This document shows, piece after piece, positions 12,268 through 24,225 of a stretch of 34,457 bases of DNA. How positions within the stretch are numbered: position 1 is the stretch's first letter; each line of letters opens with the position of its first letter. This stretch comes from Hyphochytrium catenoides (Eukaryota; Protista; Hyphochytriomycota): positions 1-34,457 of the forward strand of contig FLMG01003283.1 in assembly GCA_900088475.1 (NCBI GenBank), given 5' to 3'. Below the pieces are notes generated by a model. That model was not told the origin of the DNA and did not search any database. It saw only the letters and a program-made list of their open reading frames with translations. The translations under genes and the position numbers were made by a program.

Positions 12268-13881
12268 ATGGCAGCCTCTGATCGCCCATTACGCTTCTCT
12301 TTGATGACGTTTAACATCTGGAAGATGCATGGCTCACCTGCCTATTGGTAAGCTAAGTTGACAAGACTGATGCGCGCAATGGGGCCGCTTAGCTACTTCT
12401 CGACTTCGCTCAGTCGTTCTCCTTGGTCCTTCTGAGTATCCCTTCCTCATCTGGCCTGCTCTTCACATCGTACGTCGGCCTGTTTGCAGCATTCTATCCT
12501 TCTGTTGACCACGTTCATCTAACCCTCTTCTATCCTTAGGCCTGACCGCGAGCCTGCAATGACTGGGTAAACAGAGCCTTCGTCCTTTGCTTGGACTTGA
12601 TAATCTCTGCTCACTCATCCCCTTTTCCCTGGATTCTGCTCGACTACTGTCCGCCGCTTTCCACAGAGTCGTGAAGAGTTTCTACCCTGACATACTCTGT
12701 ATCCAGGTTGGTAGGCTGCTGTTGAGGTCTCCTTGCTAGCCCACCCAAGAGCCTACAGCTATTGACTGCGCTGTCCTTCCTCCATGTAGGAGAGCCACAA
12801 GCTGATGATTGCCTCGTTGTCGCGAGTGCTGAACGACCACGACTGGGTTAAAGATGATGCTTTTGGCGGGTGGATTGAGGAAGGAAATATCTTCTGGAAC
12901 CGCAGGTGGCTAGTCTCCGCTACCTAGCCCTCTGTCATACTAACGCTTAGACCTGCCGCTAGATACTTTAAGGAGATAGAGCACGGGGCTGAAGATATCG
13001 GCTTGATAGAGCCCCTTAGAAGACTCTTCTGGGTTCGTCTTGGCATAGTCGGAGACCCCAAGGAGAGGACTATCCTTGTCTCCACAGCGCACTTTACCTG
13101 GCAGGTAAAGCTCTTGGAACATCGTTTGACTCACTGTTTAGAGAAGATTTGTTCCTATCTTATTGACCTCAGACATAAGTGGGCCTCACAGTGCTTGAAG
13201 CTCAGTGCGTCCACCATCTTTCACCTCTTGCTCTTCATCAAACCCACGAGTGCTCGTATTTGGTTATTCCTCATCAATCGCTGTCTATCACAAGGGTCAC
13301 AGCAGAGAGGAGGAATCGGGTGTCAACCCGCGAGTGGCGCTGTCCCATAGAGTGGCTGACAGTCTTCTGGCTCTCCAAAGGCCGCAGGAAGCTGTTTTCT
13401 TCATGGGCGACCTCAATCAAAGCTTCCATCCGCCCCGCATCTTGAGAGCTAGAGGGTTCGACGACTGCTTCTCCCAGCTCAAGATCTCACAGGTGCAGTC
13501 ATCACCTACTGTCTCTCTCTCTATTTAGACAAGCAAAGGGCACTGCAGGAGGCAGAAGCCACTTCACGCACTGGTTGTACTCTCTCTCTCTCAAGTTAAA
13601 TGCTGGGTTCCTAGAGCTCAAGTATGTCGTGCATCCTCACAAGCTACGAGGAAAGCTTACCACTCTGCTGGTCCTAGATACCAACACATCCAGCTCGTCC
13701 ATCCGATGATCACGAAGAAGAAAAGCCGGACGAGGTACTAGACTGGCTCTTCGCCAATGACAGGGCCCGGCCAATTCTCGCTTCTGTTATCAGGGACTTC
13801 CGTTCCGGAACGAGGTATCATCCAAGTGACCACCATCCTGTCATGGCTGTTTATGAGCTACTTCCATCTCCCTCAACGTAA
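12268..13881 (+). CDS. Endonuclease/exonuclease/phosphatase (EEP) family hydrolase, 7 exons
   Basis: EEP motifs in the correct order: LMTFNIW, PDILCIQE, VSTAHF, FMGDLN, VLDWLF and PSDHHPV. Confidence 0.87.
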
Positions 13882-14593
13882 CGAGCTCAAAGCGATTGCA
13901 GTCAGAGCTGAGAAGCTACTTGCTTGCTGACTGTGATTGCACCCAGTTAATTAGCAGAGGTTAGGACTTAGGCCTTCTGCTGACCTACTCACGCGTGCTA
14001 CGTTCTAACCCTGGGAGGAGTAGAACGCTCCCCACTGAGAAAGACTATGTAGAGCCTCAATAACTCTCTGCACTTATCACGGCCTTTATTAGCCAGCGAA
14101 TGAGGACTATGGATGCCGGTGCCTGAGGAGACCTATGAGACACTGACATCTTGTCTTACCTTCCGGCCTCAAAAGGCTCTTCTCCTTTGAAAGAAAGAGG
14201 AACAAAGAGACTGAAGTTGAAGAAAAAATCAGTCTGCAAAATCTGCAATATCTGTCTGTAAGCTCCACCTCATCCGTGCGTAGTACATGTAATGCTGCTG
14301 TTCACGGCGACAACGCAGAATATGTACGGTATCGAGAATAACAGAGGGTATATAGCTCTTCATCTAGAATGATTAGGCTCCGTATTGAGAACATGTGTGG
14401 CGCGGCGGCAGTTCTCACTGCCACTCACCACATTGCCAAGAATGACCTGCAAAAAGCGCTTTTGAGTCTCTGGCAGTAGGATCTTCCGGCCATTGGCAAT
14501 AATCTCTGTGTGTTCATGCCTGCAGATCGTCAGACAGATAGGACAGACTGCAGCGCTTAGACTAGATACTATCAACCTCATTCATCAGTAAAG

Positions 14594-16375
14594 ATGCCGA
14601 CAAAGTGGGGTGACAGTAAATGGGCCGATGAGGATGAGCAAGGTTCGCAGGGCTTCATCCTATATGTTTCTTAAGCTTGCTCTGCTTCCAAACGTTGCAA
14701 AACCCCTGCACAGAAAGATAGACCTTTGTCCTCAGTTCCATGCCTGGCATTGATTTGACGGACTCCGGCTAACGCTATCTTCTTCGGCAGAGACCTCTCT
14801 TCCTTCCAGGCTGGAGCTTGGTCCAGATGACAAAGGCGTGCGGACCATCATAGAGTGGAAGATGGATGAAAATGGCAGAAAGATCAAGGTTAGTCTCAAC
14901 CTGAAAGAAGCCTAACATTGACGTTACTTCGGGCCCTCACGGTGGAACGTCTTAGGTGACCACTAAGGTGAAGACAGTTGAAAAGATCACCAAGATCAGC
15001 AAGAAATCTTTGGAGCGCAGGGTAAGCTCCGGACTCTCAGAATTTGATGCAATATGTCTGCATTTACCTTCTTAAAATGATAGGAATGGAGGCCCTTTGG
15101 CAACGCAGTCAATAACAATGATAACACAACGTATACTTCGTATGAAGAGGTGAGATGCTTACTTTGCAAGTCTTTGTCAAACTGGTCGGCTGACTGGAGG
15201 ATGCTCTATACAGATTAGACTAGAGGATCCCAATGCTGATGAAAAGCAGAAGACTGAGCAGGAAGAAGCCAATCCGCTTGACAAAGTGGGCTCGGTAAGA
15301 CTCGCACAAACACTAACAACTGCTTTGCTTGTCCTGCTTCTATGTCTTGTGGTGGTTCTCCTGTGCCTTCTTCGCAGCTTAACTGTGATTGTCTGACGAC
15401 TAAGCTCACAATATCGTCATGTTCCTCTCCCACTCTCACACGCGGTCCTGCAGTCGATTGTGGTGTGCCGTATCTGTGGTATGACAGGCGATCACTGGAC
15501 CCTCAAGTGTCCGTACAAGAATGTGCCTGCAGACCAGATTCCCGACCTTCAGGACATGCCACCTCCTGGAGACGATGAGGAGGAGCCAAAGGACACGAAG
15601 GGCAAGTATGTGCCACCTGGACGGAGGTTTGGAGAGGGTGGAGGAGGAGAGTCTGCCGGCACGGCGCCTGGCTCATACGACAGGGACAGCGCCACACTCC
15701 GAGTCACCAACATCTCAACAGAAACCAGAGAGTCAGATCTGCAGGATTTATTCCGTCCTTTCGGCCCTATCGCCCGCATCTATTTGGTGAGCTTTTGAAA
15801 CCCTACTTTCGCCATCCCTGCCTGTCATGTCTTTCAAATGGCCCTACTTGGGGAGTCCACACTCGAAACCGTGCAATCCTTGACCGCGGTAGCCGATCTT
15901 AAGGAGAACATGGCGCTTTGTCTTTCGCTGTCTCTTTAGCGTATTCCCTATTAGATAGTCTCCTTAGATTTATCGGAGACCATCTATGCCACATTGCTAA
16001 CTGTCCTTCGCACAATAGGCCAAGGACCGCGAGACGATGCAGTCAAGAGGCTTTGCGTTCGTCAGCTTCCACAATCGCAAGGATGCCGAGCGGGCGCTGC
16101 AGGAGTTAGAAGGATTTGGTTACGACCACTTGATTCTGAAGTTAGAATGGGCCAAGCCTTCTACCCGCAATGTAAGCACTGACGCACTAGTTGCTTTCTT
16201 GACTGACGCTTCCCTGATGTTTGAGGGATTCATTTCTTCTTGTCCCAAAAGCTTTCTCTCTTTGCTCCGTTTCTAATGCTCATCATGCTTCCAGGCTGGC
16301 GAGGAAGGAACTACGTACCGCTCAGGTTATGGCAAAGCTCTTCCCCAGATGCTTGCGCCTGCAAAGCGCGATTAA
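14594..16375 (+). CDS. EIF3G: Eukaryotic translation initiation factor 3 subunit G, 8 exons
   Basis: N-terminal KWADED, zinc knuckle VCRICGMTGDHWTLKCPYK, GKYVPP, and an RRM (ATLRVTNIS, SRGFAFVSF, GFGYDHLILKLEWAKP). Confidence 0.96.
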
Positions 16376-16431
16376 GTATCATTGTAATAAGCTAAGTAAT
16401 GGAAAGGTCATTCTCTGTTAGAGTAGTGTTG

Positions 16432-19400
16432 TCATGAAGCTCTACGCAACTCGGCTTCTTTGAAGACTCGGTGCATTGCCTCGAGGCAGGACGCCGCGGC
16501 CACGGCTCCAGGGTCTGGAATGCCACGAATAGAGTCTTCTTGGAGATAGACAGCTCTTCCTGCTCGAGCTGCCATCGACTTTGTTCTCTCTGCGCCCTAT
16601 TATGCGAGAAGTGAGAGGAACCATGTCACCACTATGTAATCTTACAACCTTGCGAAGCGTAGGATCAATAGAGAGCAAACGAGGAGGGACTTTGAACGTA
16701 CCGCTCGTGCCTCAATAGCGGCAACTCTAAGAGCCTCTATTGTCGGCTTTTCAGCCTCCAGTGCGAGGATCAACTTATCCGTTCCGGGTATCAGGCTGTC
16801 CAGCATCGTCCGATCGCCCACCTTGGCACCTCCATAAAAGGAAACTGGGAGAGGATGAGAATACGTGGCCACCCTTAAAAGTGGGTGTCAATTCACTGCA
16901 CCTGCCCCTAAGCCCGTCCGAAGAGCTTTGGCAACTGCCAGAGCCGTATCCTCTGTCTCTTGACTTAGTTGATTCGCCATCGCTCTCATAAGAATAGCTA
17001 CGAGAACTAAGAACAGCATACGCAGACATGAGTAGTGAGAGAGACATGTGGAGAGAAGGATGTGATGAGCCTCGACCTCCGCTAGACCCTCCCATTGCTC
17101 GGCAGGACTCCGCCAAGCTCCCTATCGATTGGCCAGTTGATGATTCTTGGAGGCTTTCCAAGTCCTTAAGCATTGCACGAGCCCCCAGAGCTAGAGTTGT
17201 TCCACAGTCTCCATCCCCAACCTATAAGTTCGTGGAAAGAAGAATGGCAATAAGGCTTCCAAGGCGTGCGTATAACTTTGCGAGAGCAATCAGATTGTGC
17301 CTTTCTGTCCAATTCGTTAAGCTCTTCTTCTCTCGCCACCAGTTCCTCACACGCAGCTCGTATCAGCGACTTCATCCGGCTGGAATGAGACGGTGTGCCC
17401 GATTTGACCGTCGGGGCTACAGCTGCTGCTATAGAGTGAGAGTGTGTAGCATGAGTGTCATCGAGCGTATTCTCACCTTTACTCGCTTCCAGAACTAATG
17501 GTTCCTGCCATGGCCCAGTTTGTATGGCGATAGGCCAAGCATTACTCTTGGTAGGTGCATCCAGTCGAGCCAGCCTTTGGTCATTTAACTTCAGGACGGA
17601 CAGCGAGATCCCTGCGTCAATAAGCGTAAGATGGGCAGTACGTCGCACGAGAACGTTGCTGATGCTGCCGTCACTCCCACGACTGGTGAAGGGTACGTCA
17701 GCGGTGAGCTTACCTGACATATCGAGAGAGGTCATGAAGGAGCCCACCATAGTACGGACGACAGTGCACCCCTGAATTGCAAAGGTAATGGGGTGGGAGA
17801 GAGGGTGAGTCTGATAAAATGTCATAAGAGTTAAGAGAGCGCCTGATGGTCAAAGGACAAGTGTCTGAGCAGCCATATGGGTAGTATCGCGATTATATAA
17901 AGCGGGTTCAGGAGGGGAAAGGTTACCGCTTCGCCTTCTAAAGCGGCAATTGCCTTTCGAGCAGAGATGTACAGCTCCATCGTTGTCGTCGTTCCGAGGT
18001 TGTTCACAATTATTGCCAATCTGTCACCTGAAGAGACTGTGAGCGAAGAGGGAAGTGATACGAGGATTTTGCGGACAGCCATAGCAAAAACTTTGTTTGC
18101 TCAGGTGGGGCTATACACTTCTACTTCCTCACGCTTACACTTTGGCCGAGCGCTATTGGCTCTTCGGTGTGTTACTGACCTGCTTGAAGGCTGAGCCGTC
18201 CAGAACGCCTAAGCTGTGAAACTATTTCCTCCATAATGTCATCCGCAGGAGGCACCTCGGAAGTCCGGATCCCTTCCTCGCCTGGCGAGGTTGCAGAGTG
18301 AGCCATGTAAAGCCCACCACCGTCAGCAGTAGGCAAAGGTCCGTATGGCCTTTCCCTGAGCTTGCGTCTTACCATGAATACCAAGGCCCCACTCCATCTT
18401 ATTCCCTACTAGTCTTTGGTTCTTCTTGTTCCCTTTATGGAGAACAACCTTTAAGATTTGAGGGAGGTAAGACACCTCTAATGAGCCCTCTGAGGTCTAA
18501 TACCTGGTAGTGTGCAGCAGTCAAGAGCAACACCCATCGTAGCAACCGCTTGAGAGGCATCTAGGGCCTCCTTGTGCACTTGCTCTAGAGTTGCTCCTGC
18601 GGCCAGCGATGGTCATCAGAACTACGCAGCAGCAGCATCCTGCAGCGTCTTACCGGTAGCAGCAGCGGCGCCCGCAATCTTATGGACGAAGAGCGTCCCA
18701 GCCAAACCTCTCTTAGGGATACCTTCTGCCAAGGCGCAATCATCTCCAACGATGACGATCTCAACCTAATGAGGGCCAGCGATCAGCATCTATCAAGATC
18801 AAACAACAAGAGGGCAATACTGACCTTCAGTCCTTCAGCCCGCGCCATTTCCGCTGCCAGACCAAAGTTTAAGCGGTCGCCTGTGTAGTTCTTGACGATC
18901 AAGAGGCACCCGTGTGGTCCGCATACGGCCCTGTGGTTCCATAGATCAATCTCCCCAGCAATGCTATCAGAACCTAGAGTCTTTCTTCATGGGCGAACCT
19001 TATTGCCGCAAGCACATCCGTATCGGGCGGAGATGCAAAGACTGCATCAAGATGTAAGCTTTGCAAAAGAGACCGAGTCTACGGTCCAACCAGGGCTAGA
19101 CCTTGAAACGAGTGCTTACCATTTCCAAGCACTGCCGCCGTTAGTAAGCCATCGCCGACGTAGCCCGCATGAGCAGGTTCATGTCCTACGCTTACGCTCT
19201 CAGTCAAACCGTCTTACAATGCGGTGTGGTCAGGATTTCTTACCGCTTCCTCCTCCAGAGATGATGGTGACTTGCTTGTCACGCAAAGCCTCATAGTTTG
19301 CATGGACTATGACTCGATGGCCCTGAAGGCTGCAGGAGCCGTCCAATCAATGCAGAAGCAGATGTAGAAATGAGTTCATTGCCTCACCGTCGCAAGAGAC

Positions 19401-19552
19401 TCGAGCTCCTAACGAGACCTTCAATCATTTCATCAACCACATGGTCCGGCTTGTTATACTACGCCATCAATGGCTTAGACAGCTGTTCACAACCACGAGG
19501 GAGTAAAGCTTTCTCAGCTCTCACGCCAACCTACCAGCTTCTTGACGTCCAT
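16432..19552 (-). CDS. DAK1: Dihydroxyacetone kinase / triokinase (fused Dak1-Dak2), about 17 exons
   Basis: Spliced motifs: [88 protein letters not shown]. Confidence 0.95.
17222..17300 (-). other. Probable GC-AG intron in the DAK gene
   Basis: AAG|GCACAA...TTATAG|GTT restores the conserved LDRKVGDGDCG motif. The alternative GT donor 24 nt further on would insert 8 aa into that motif. Confidence 0.65.
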
Positions 19553-20131
19553 TGCGCCCTCAACCTTAGCGTGTGACTCTGCGTAGCCTCACCGAGGACA
19601 GTCCAGCAGGTTGAGATGACAAATAATCTGTGTCAGTCCTCAGCCACTTTCAAGCCTGGCCCAGTGAGCCTTATATGGAGGCGTCTGCTACGGCTATCGT
19701 TCAGGTGATCTTCCTATTGAGACGATAAAGCACTGGCATTCCTCTCAACAGCCTTGAAGAAGCTCTGCTTCGAGCTTCTGAATCCTGCTGATGCCGCAAG
19801 CCATCATCACTTTGGACCTGGTTCTGATCAAAAAAGGAAAGATCTTCAACCGGAACATAGTCGTTAGCGCCGCCCAACCTGCTGCCAATGTTGAGAAGAA
19901 AGTTTCGTCATCGGGACCGTCCTCATCGGGCTCATCAACTGAAGACTCATCCGTGCATCCCTTCTTCATTTTGTGACAGCAGCTGCGGAGCTGTCGGTCT
20001 ATAGAGAATCGAGAAGTCTTCCAGCGTAGAGCTGCGAGAGCTGACTAGTGTGCCCTGAAGGGACTGAGAAATAGCAGCTATCTTGAAAGGAGCGGAAGGA
20101 GCAGAAGCTGTAAGTGGTGCGAGAGGACGCC

Positions 20132-21495
20132 ATGGCAACGGGCGCTAGCCTGGACGGCAAGACCATAAAGAACACTTCTATCAAGCGAATAAGAGCGGTA
20201 TGTAGGTGCGCGTCTAGAGACACAACGTTGCCGTGCCACAGAGCTAAAGAGGAAAGTCTGTCTGCCCCTCCTTCTTTAATCCTATAGGACATTCGGGAGC
20301 TTGCACTTGATCCTAGCGATGAGTACCATGCAAGTCCATTAGAGGTAGTAGGCTTTCTAGGGACAGGGTATTGCTTGACCACTGAGATCTACCTGTCCCA
20401 GGACAACCTCTTCGACTGGCACTTCACCATCAGAGGCCCCAAGAACACGGAGTTTGACGGCGGTGTCTACCATGGTCGGATCATTCTCCCGCCAGATTAT
20501 CCCTTTAAACCTCCAAACATTGTGCTTCTGACGGTGAGTCATCTCTCGTCCCTTGCTATCTTCATGAAGCGGAAGCTGAGATGACAGCAGCCCAACGGGC
20601 GGTGGGAGATCAAGAAGAAGATTTGTCTCAGTATATCTGCGTATCACCCAGAGGAATGGCAGCCTGCCTGGGGAAGTAAGTCCATTGCTCCTCCTGATGG
20701 TGTCATGCTCAGGCTAAGGGCTGCTCCTCTATAGTTCGCCTTATCCTGGAGGCTCTCATCAGCTTTATGACGACGAAGGGTGAAGGAGCTGTTGGAGCCT
20801 TAGACTATGGACCCGAAGAGAGACAGCGGCTGGCGCGAGAGGTGGTGCTGTCTTAGTTGTTGCCGACCAGAAGCAATACTGACTCTTTGCCTCCAGTCGC
20901 TTAAGTGGCGGTGCGCCAAATGTGGCGACCCAGTAGAACTGCTTCCAAAGGTGCAGGAAGACGCTAGCAGAGGTAGAACCAAGAACAGATACGCTGAGCA
21001 AATCAAGGAGATGCACATGCACTCTCTAGAGAATGAATCTTCCGCGCAGCCCTCTACGCATACTCCCGCTCCTGCTGGAGAAGAGACGCAAAATGCTAAA
21101 AGTGAGTCAGAGCCCGCAGCAGGACAAAACACTGACGCTATTGCGGAGGCCCGGAGCGAAACACGTAAGTCTCAAGGCCCTCACTCATAAGGATGAACTG
21201 CTGCTGATGGACTCACTTGGCAACAATAGAAGATGAAGGTCTGCGGTTACGAGTTCGGCAACAGCCTGAGACGCCGCCAACAAACGTTGCTGAGACCAGG
21301 GTCACTGAGGAAGCAGGGCCTGTCAGACCCAGCGACGGTGAGGCGGTTGTCCAAAGCCAGGCTACGGCCAATCAATCTAGAGAGGACGAGGACAAGTCTG
21401 ACCGCCTCTTGACGTATATTATACTCTCTGTGAGTTGCTTACTCTTTGCTCTGATAGTTAGAAAGCTGATCCGCTCCTGGTCGGATAATAACTAG
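20132..21495 (+). CDS. UBE2J1: Tail-anchored ubiquitin-conjugating enzyme E2 J1 (Ubc6e type), 7 exons
   Basis: PLEDNLFDWHFTIRGP, GGVYHGRIILPPDYPFKPPNI, TPNGRW, KICLSISAYHPEEWQPAWG and GAVGALDY, with a C-terminal TM segment LLTYIILSVSCLLFALIV. Confidence 0.94.
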
Positions 21496-21636
21496 CAAAG
21501 CTGCTTTATACCACCCACCGTCGTTGCTGAACCTTTGCCCTGGATTGGTTGGGGTTAGTCGCTTGACTCTTGAGACTTCAATAGAGTCACTCGTTGGCCA
21601 ATGAGAGGACGTGGAGCGCTTTGTTCCCGCTCGTTC

Positions 21637-21688
21637 ATTTCTGACAAGCGGCGTTGTTTGTCTGCTCAATTTCTGACACGCGGCGTTG
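21637..21688. repeat. Pair of 20-bp direct repeats (1 mismatch)
   Basis: atttctgacaagcggcgttg at 21637 and atttctgacacgcggcgttg at 21669. Confidence 0.85.
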
Positions 21689-22093
21689 ATTGTGATCAAC
21701 TCCCGCTGCCCAGCCATGACTAGGATATGCATGCCTCTAGCAGCCCATGAAAGTCGGTTTATCGCCCTCATCGGCCGGAATAGATTTGGCATGGGAACAG
21801 GTATCTCCTTTATCCGCTCCATCTTTAGAGAGAGCATGAGTTAGGGCTACGCTAAGCTCCAGCCAAGCTAGGGCCTATCGCATACTGAGGAAGGGTGATG
21901 GAAGCTTTTAAGTGACAATGTGTAGAGAGAGGACCATTCAGGTCCTGCAAAACATCACGTTCCGATTCGGCTCCATCTATCCCCACTGTTTAGGCACCGT
22001 CACCTCCCTGATGTTCTAGGCGTTCCCACGTCGGTTGTCGACACATCGCGAGGATCTTTATATGTCTCCACCTATGCCACGGTGCATCATTTG

Positions 22094-22146
22094 ACAGAGC
22101 CACCTGCCACTAAGCAGAAATGAGTCCTCCACAGAGCCACCTGCCA
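22094..22146. repeat. Pair of perfect 16-bp direct repeats
   Basis: acagagccacctgcca at 22094 and 22131. Confidence 0.85.
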
Positions 22147-22724
22147 ATATAGCAGTTTCTATAGAGTAGAAAGGAAAATAGGACAGGACTAGCACATGAG
22201 CCAAATCATTCGACACCCGGGGCAAGCCTTTGCTCGCTAAACCTCGCCAACATATGCAGAGGTGAATTGAGTGGATGGCGGGTGGCGAGCACCTCGTGTT
22301 TAAGCAACAAGCCTGCTGAGGAGGCAAAACCCATAACCTCGGGGGCGGACGCTTAAGAGCCCAATCCCAGAAGGCCGTCACCACCCATCCAGCACATGAG
22401 ACGGCAGAGCTGCCCATCTTTTTTACGTACATGACGTACATTACACGTTCCTTGAATAAATAGCAAAGTACTGCTGGCTATGACCGTTGTCAACCTTGCC
22501 TCACATGGGGCGAGCGAACCATTTGGGTTTGCGCCTGCCGTAGGCCAAAGTATTGCTAATGATAGACCCCGCAGAGCGTGTTACTCAATTTTCCGGTTGC
22601 CATAACGGCCCCGTCCTTTCTACGTGTGGAAGCTGCCAACATCTCAGGAGCCATCTGTTTCATCTGGAAGCTAAAGTTCTTAGCGCATTGGTCTCGGGGC
22701 CTTCAACTCGTAGTGCCGCATTTG

Positions 22725-24225
22725 TCATCGCTTTCTGCTTAGTCTAGAACATTCTTCTTCAATGATCTCCTTCATCTCCTTGAGTCCATCATACCAAGAG
22801 GTCCATCCGTCCAAGTCGCTGGCCAGATTAGGCTCCTACAAGGTCCACTAAGGCTTTCACGACGGTTAGGGAAATAAGCGGAGCACGTACCTCCAACCAG
22901 AACACCTCGTCTTCCCCCTTACGAATGCTGCGAAATCCAAGTGCCAAGAAGCTCTGGTTGCCTCCCAGATGTCTACCCAGCTGCTCCTAAAAGTTCAGTG
23001 GCGTGCTTAGGCTCTGCATCCCTGTATCAAGCATATTGCCTCCGCACCTTAATGAAGGGGTTCTGCTTCTTTACGGTACGAAACATATCATTCTCAGGGT
23101 GGCCGTAGATGTTGGAGATAATGGTTCTCAGGGCCTTCAAACCCTCTGCATGTTCCTGTCACACGAATGGGAGCTATGAGCTGGATATTCCGGTGGACAG
23201 TAAAGAGACGTATCGTTTACCGCTGGGGATGTGTTGGCCCTCAGCAATTGGAGAGCCTTTCGTAGACCCTCAGGTCCAGGGATGATGCTCTTCGTCGCTT
23301 CTTCATCCGCTTTTTGCCGATTCAGCTCATCCTGCATGCTTCGCAGCACCGCCTCCTGTTCTTTCTGCAGCTCAGCCTGCTTCCTTTCTTCCTTCACCTA
23401 CTAAAGCAGACAACTTAACCTGTCAATTGAGCTAGGAAGCGAAAAAAAGCTGGCTGTGCCTTACCTTCCGGATTGCTGCCGCTTTTGCCGCTAATTCCTC
23501 CTCTTCCTTCCTTGTTCGTTCGTCTTCTTGAGCCCTAAGCAGACGCTGTTGTCGTTCTTCTTCGTCCTTCAGCTCTTTCTGCCTCTCTAGTTCCCGCTGC
23601 TGCTGCTCCCTTTCCACCTGGCCTTTAAGCTTTTCTTGCTCTTCGTCTGCTCTTTTCTATGGAAATGCAACAGAGATTCATCAGTGAGATCATCAAAGGC
23701 AGACTCAGCGCAGGAAAATGAGGGAGGGAAGGCCAGACAGTGATGTTTGACCTTAGTGGTAAGGCCAAAATACCTGTTCCAAGTAATCTTCATACTTTGT
23801 CGTGAGCTCAGCATGCAGCTGCTGGGCCTCCACAAGTAGGGTATCAAACCTTGAACAAAGTGCCTTCACATTCTCCATCATCCGCTGGCTGGTGAGCAAG
23901 GCATTTAGGCCCAGCCCGCGATCAGGCGAAGAATCACAATTTTTGACTACCCGTATCGGCTCTCACCGGTCACTGGATCCACCTCCTTCATTCGCTTCCT
24001 GAACCTCTCGACTGCACCACCGATTGCGTCACCACCTAACAAATTCTATGAGGCTCTGTGTCAGACGTTGGAATGACGAACAGCTGACAATGTGCACATG
24101 ATTACCATCGCGCTCACAATCTCAGTATAGGCTTCAGGCAGTCGTTTGCCATCGGGGGCTCTTAAACCTTGGATGGCATTTTCGACCCCATCCAGCTCGT
24201 GCACCACCCTCTTATACTCTGTCAT
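22725..24225 (-). CDS. Coiled-coil protein with C-terminal PUB (p97/Cdc48-binding) domain, 8 exons
   Basis: The spliced product has an E/R/Q-rich coiled coil, then LKALRTIISNIYGHPENDMFRTVKKQNPFIKEQLGRHLGGNQSFLALGF (PUB consensus), ending EPNLASDLDGWTSWYDGLKEMK...RKR*. Confidence 0.82.

Noticed and set aside
11577-12289. Overlapping 141-aa and 144-aa ORFs on both strands
   Set aside because: No recognisable motifs and doubtful start codons. More likely UTR or promoter sequence between TXNDC9 and the EEP gene.
18420-18450. In-frame TAA in DAK suggesting stop-codon reassignment
   Set aside because: It disappears when the downstream acceptor CATAAAG| is used. All genes translate in the standard code.
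19745-19976. Short ORFs in the DAK/UBE2J1 divergent gap
   Set aside because: Non-informative sequence with no homology recognised. Probably promoter or 5'UTR.
21637-22146. CRISPR-like repeat-spacer pattern
   Set aside because: Only two copies each of two unrelated repeats, in a eukaryotic context with no cas genes.
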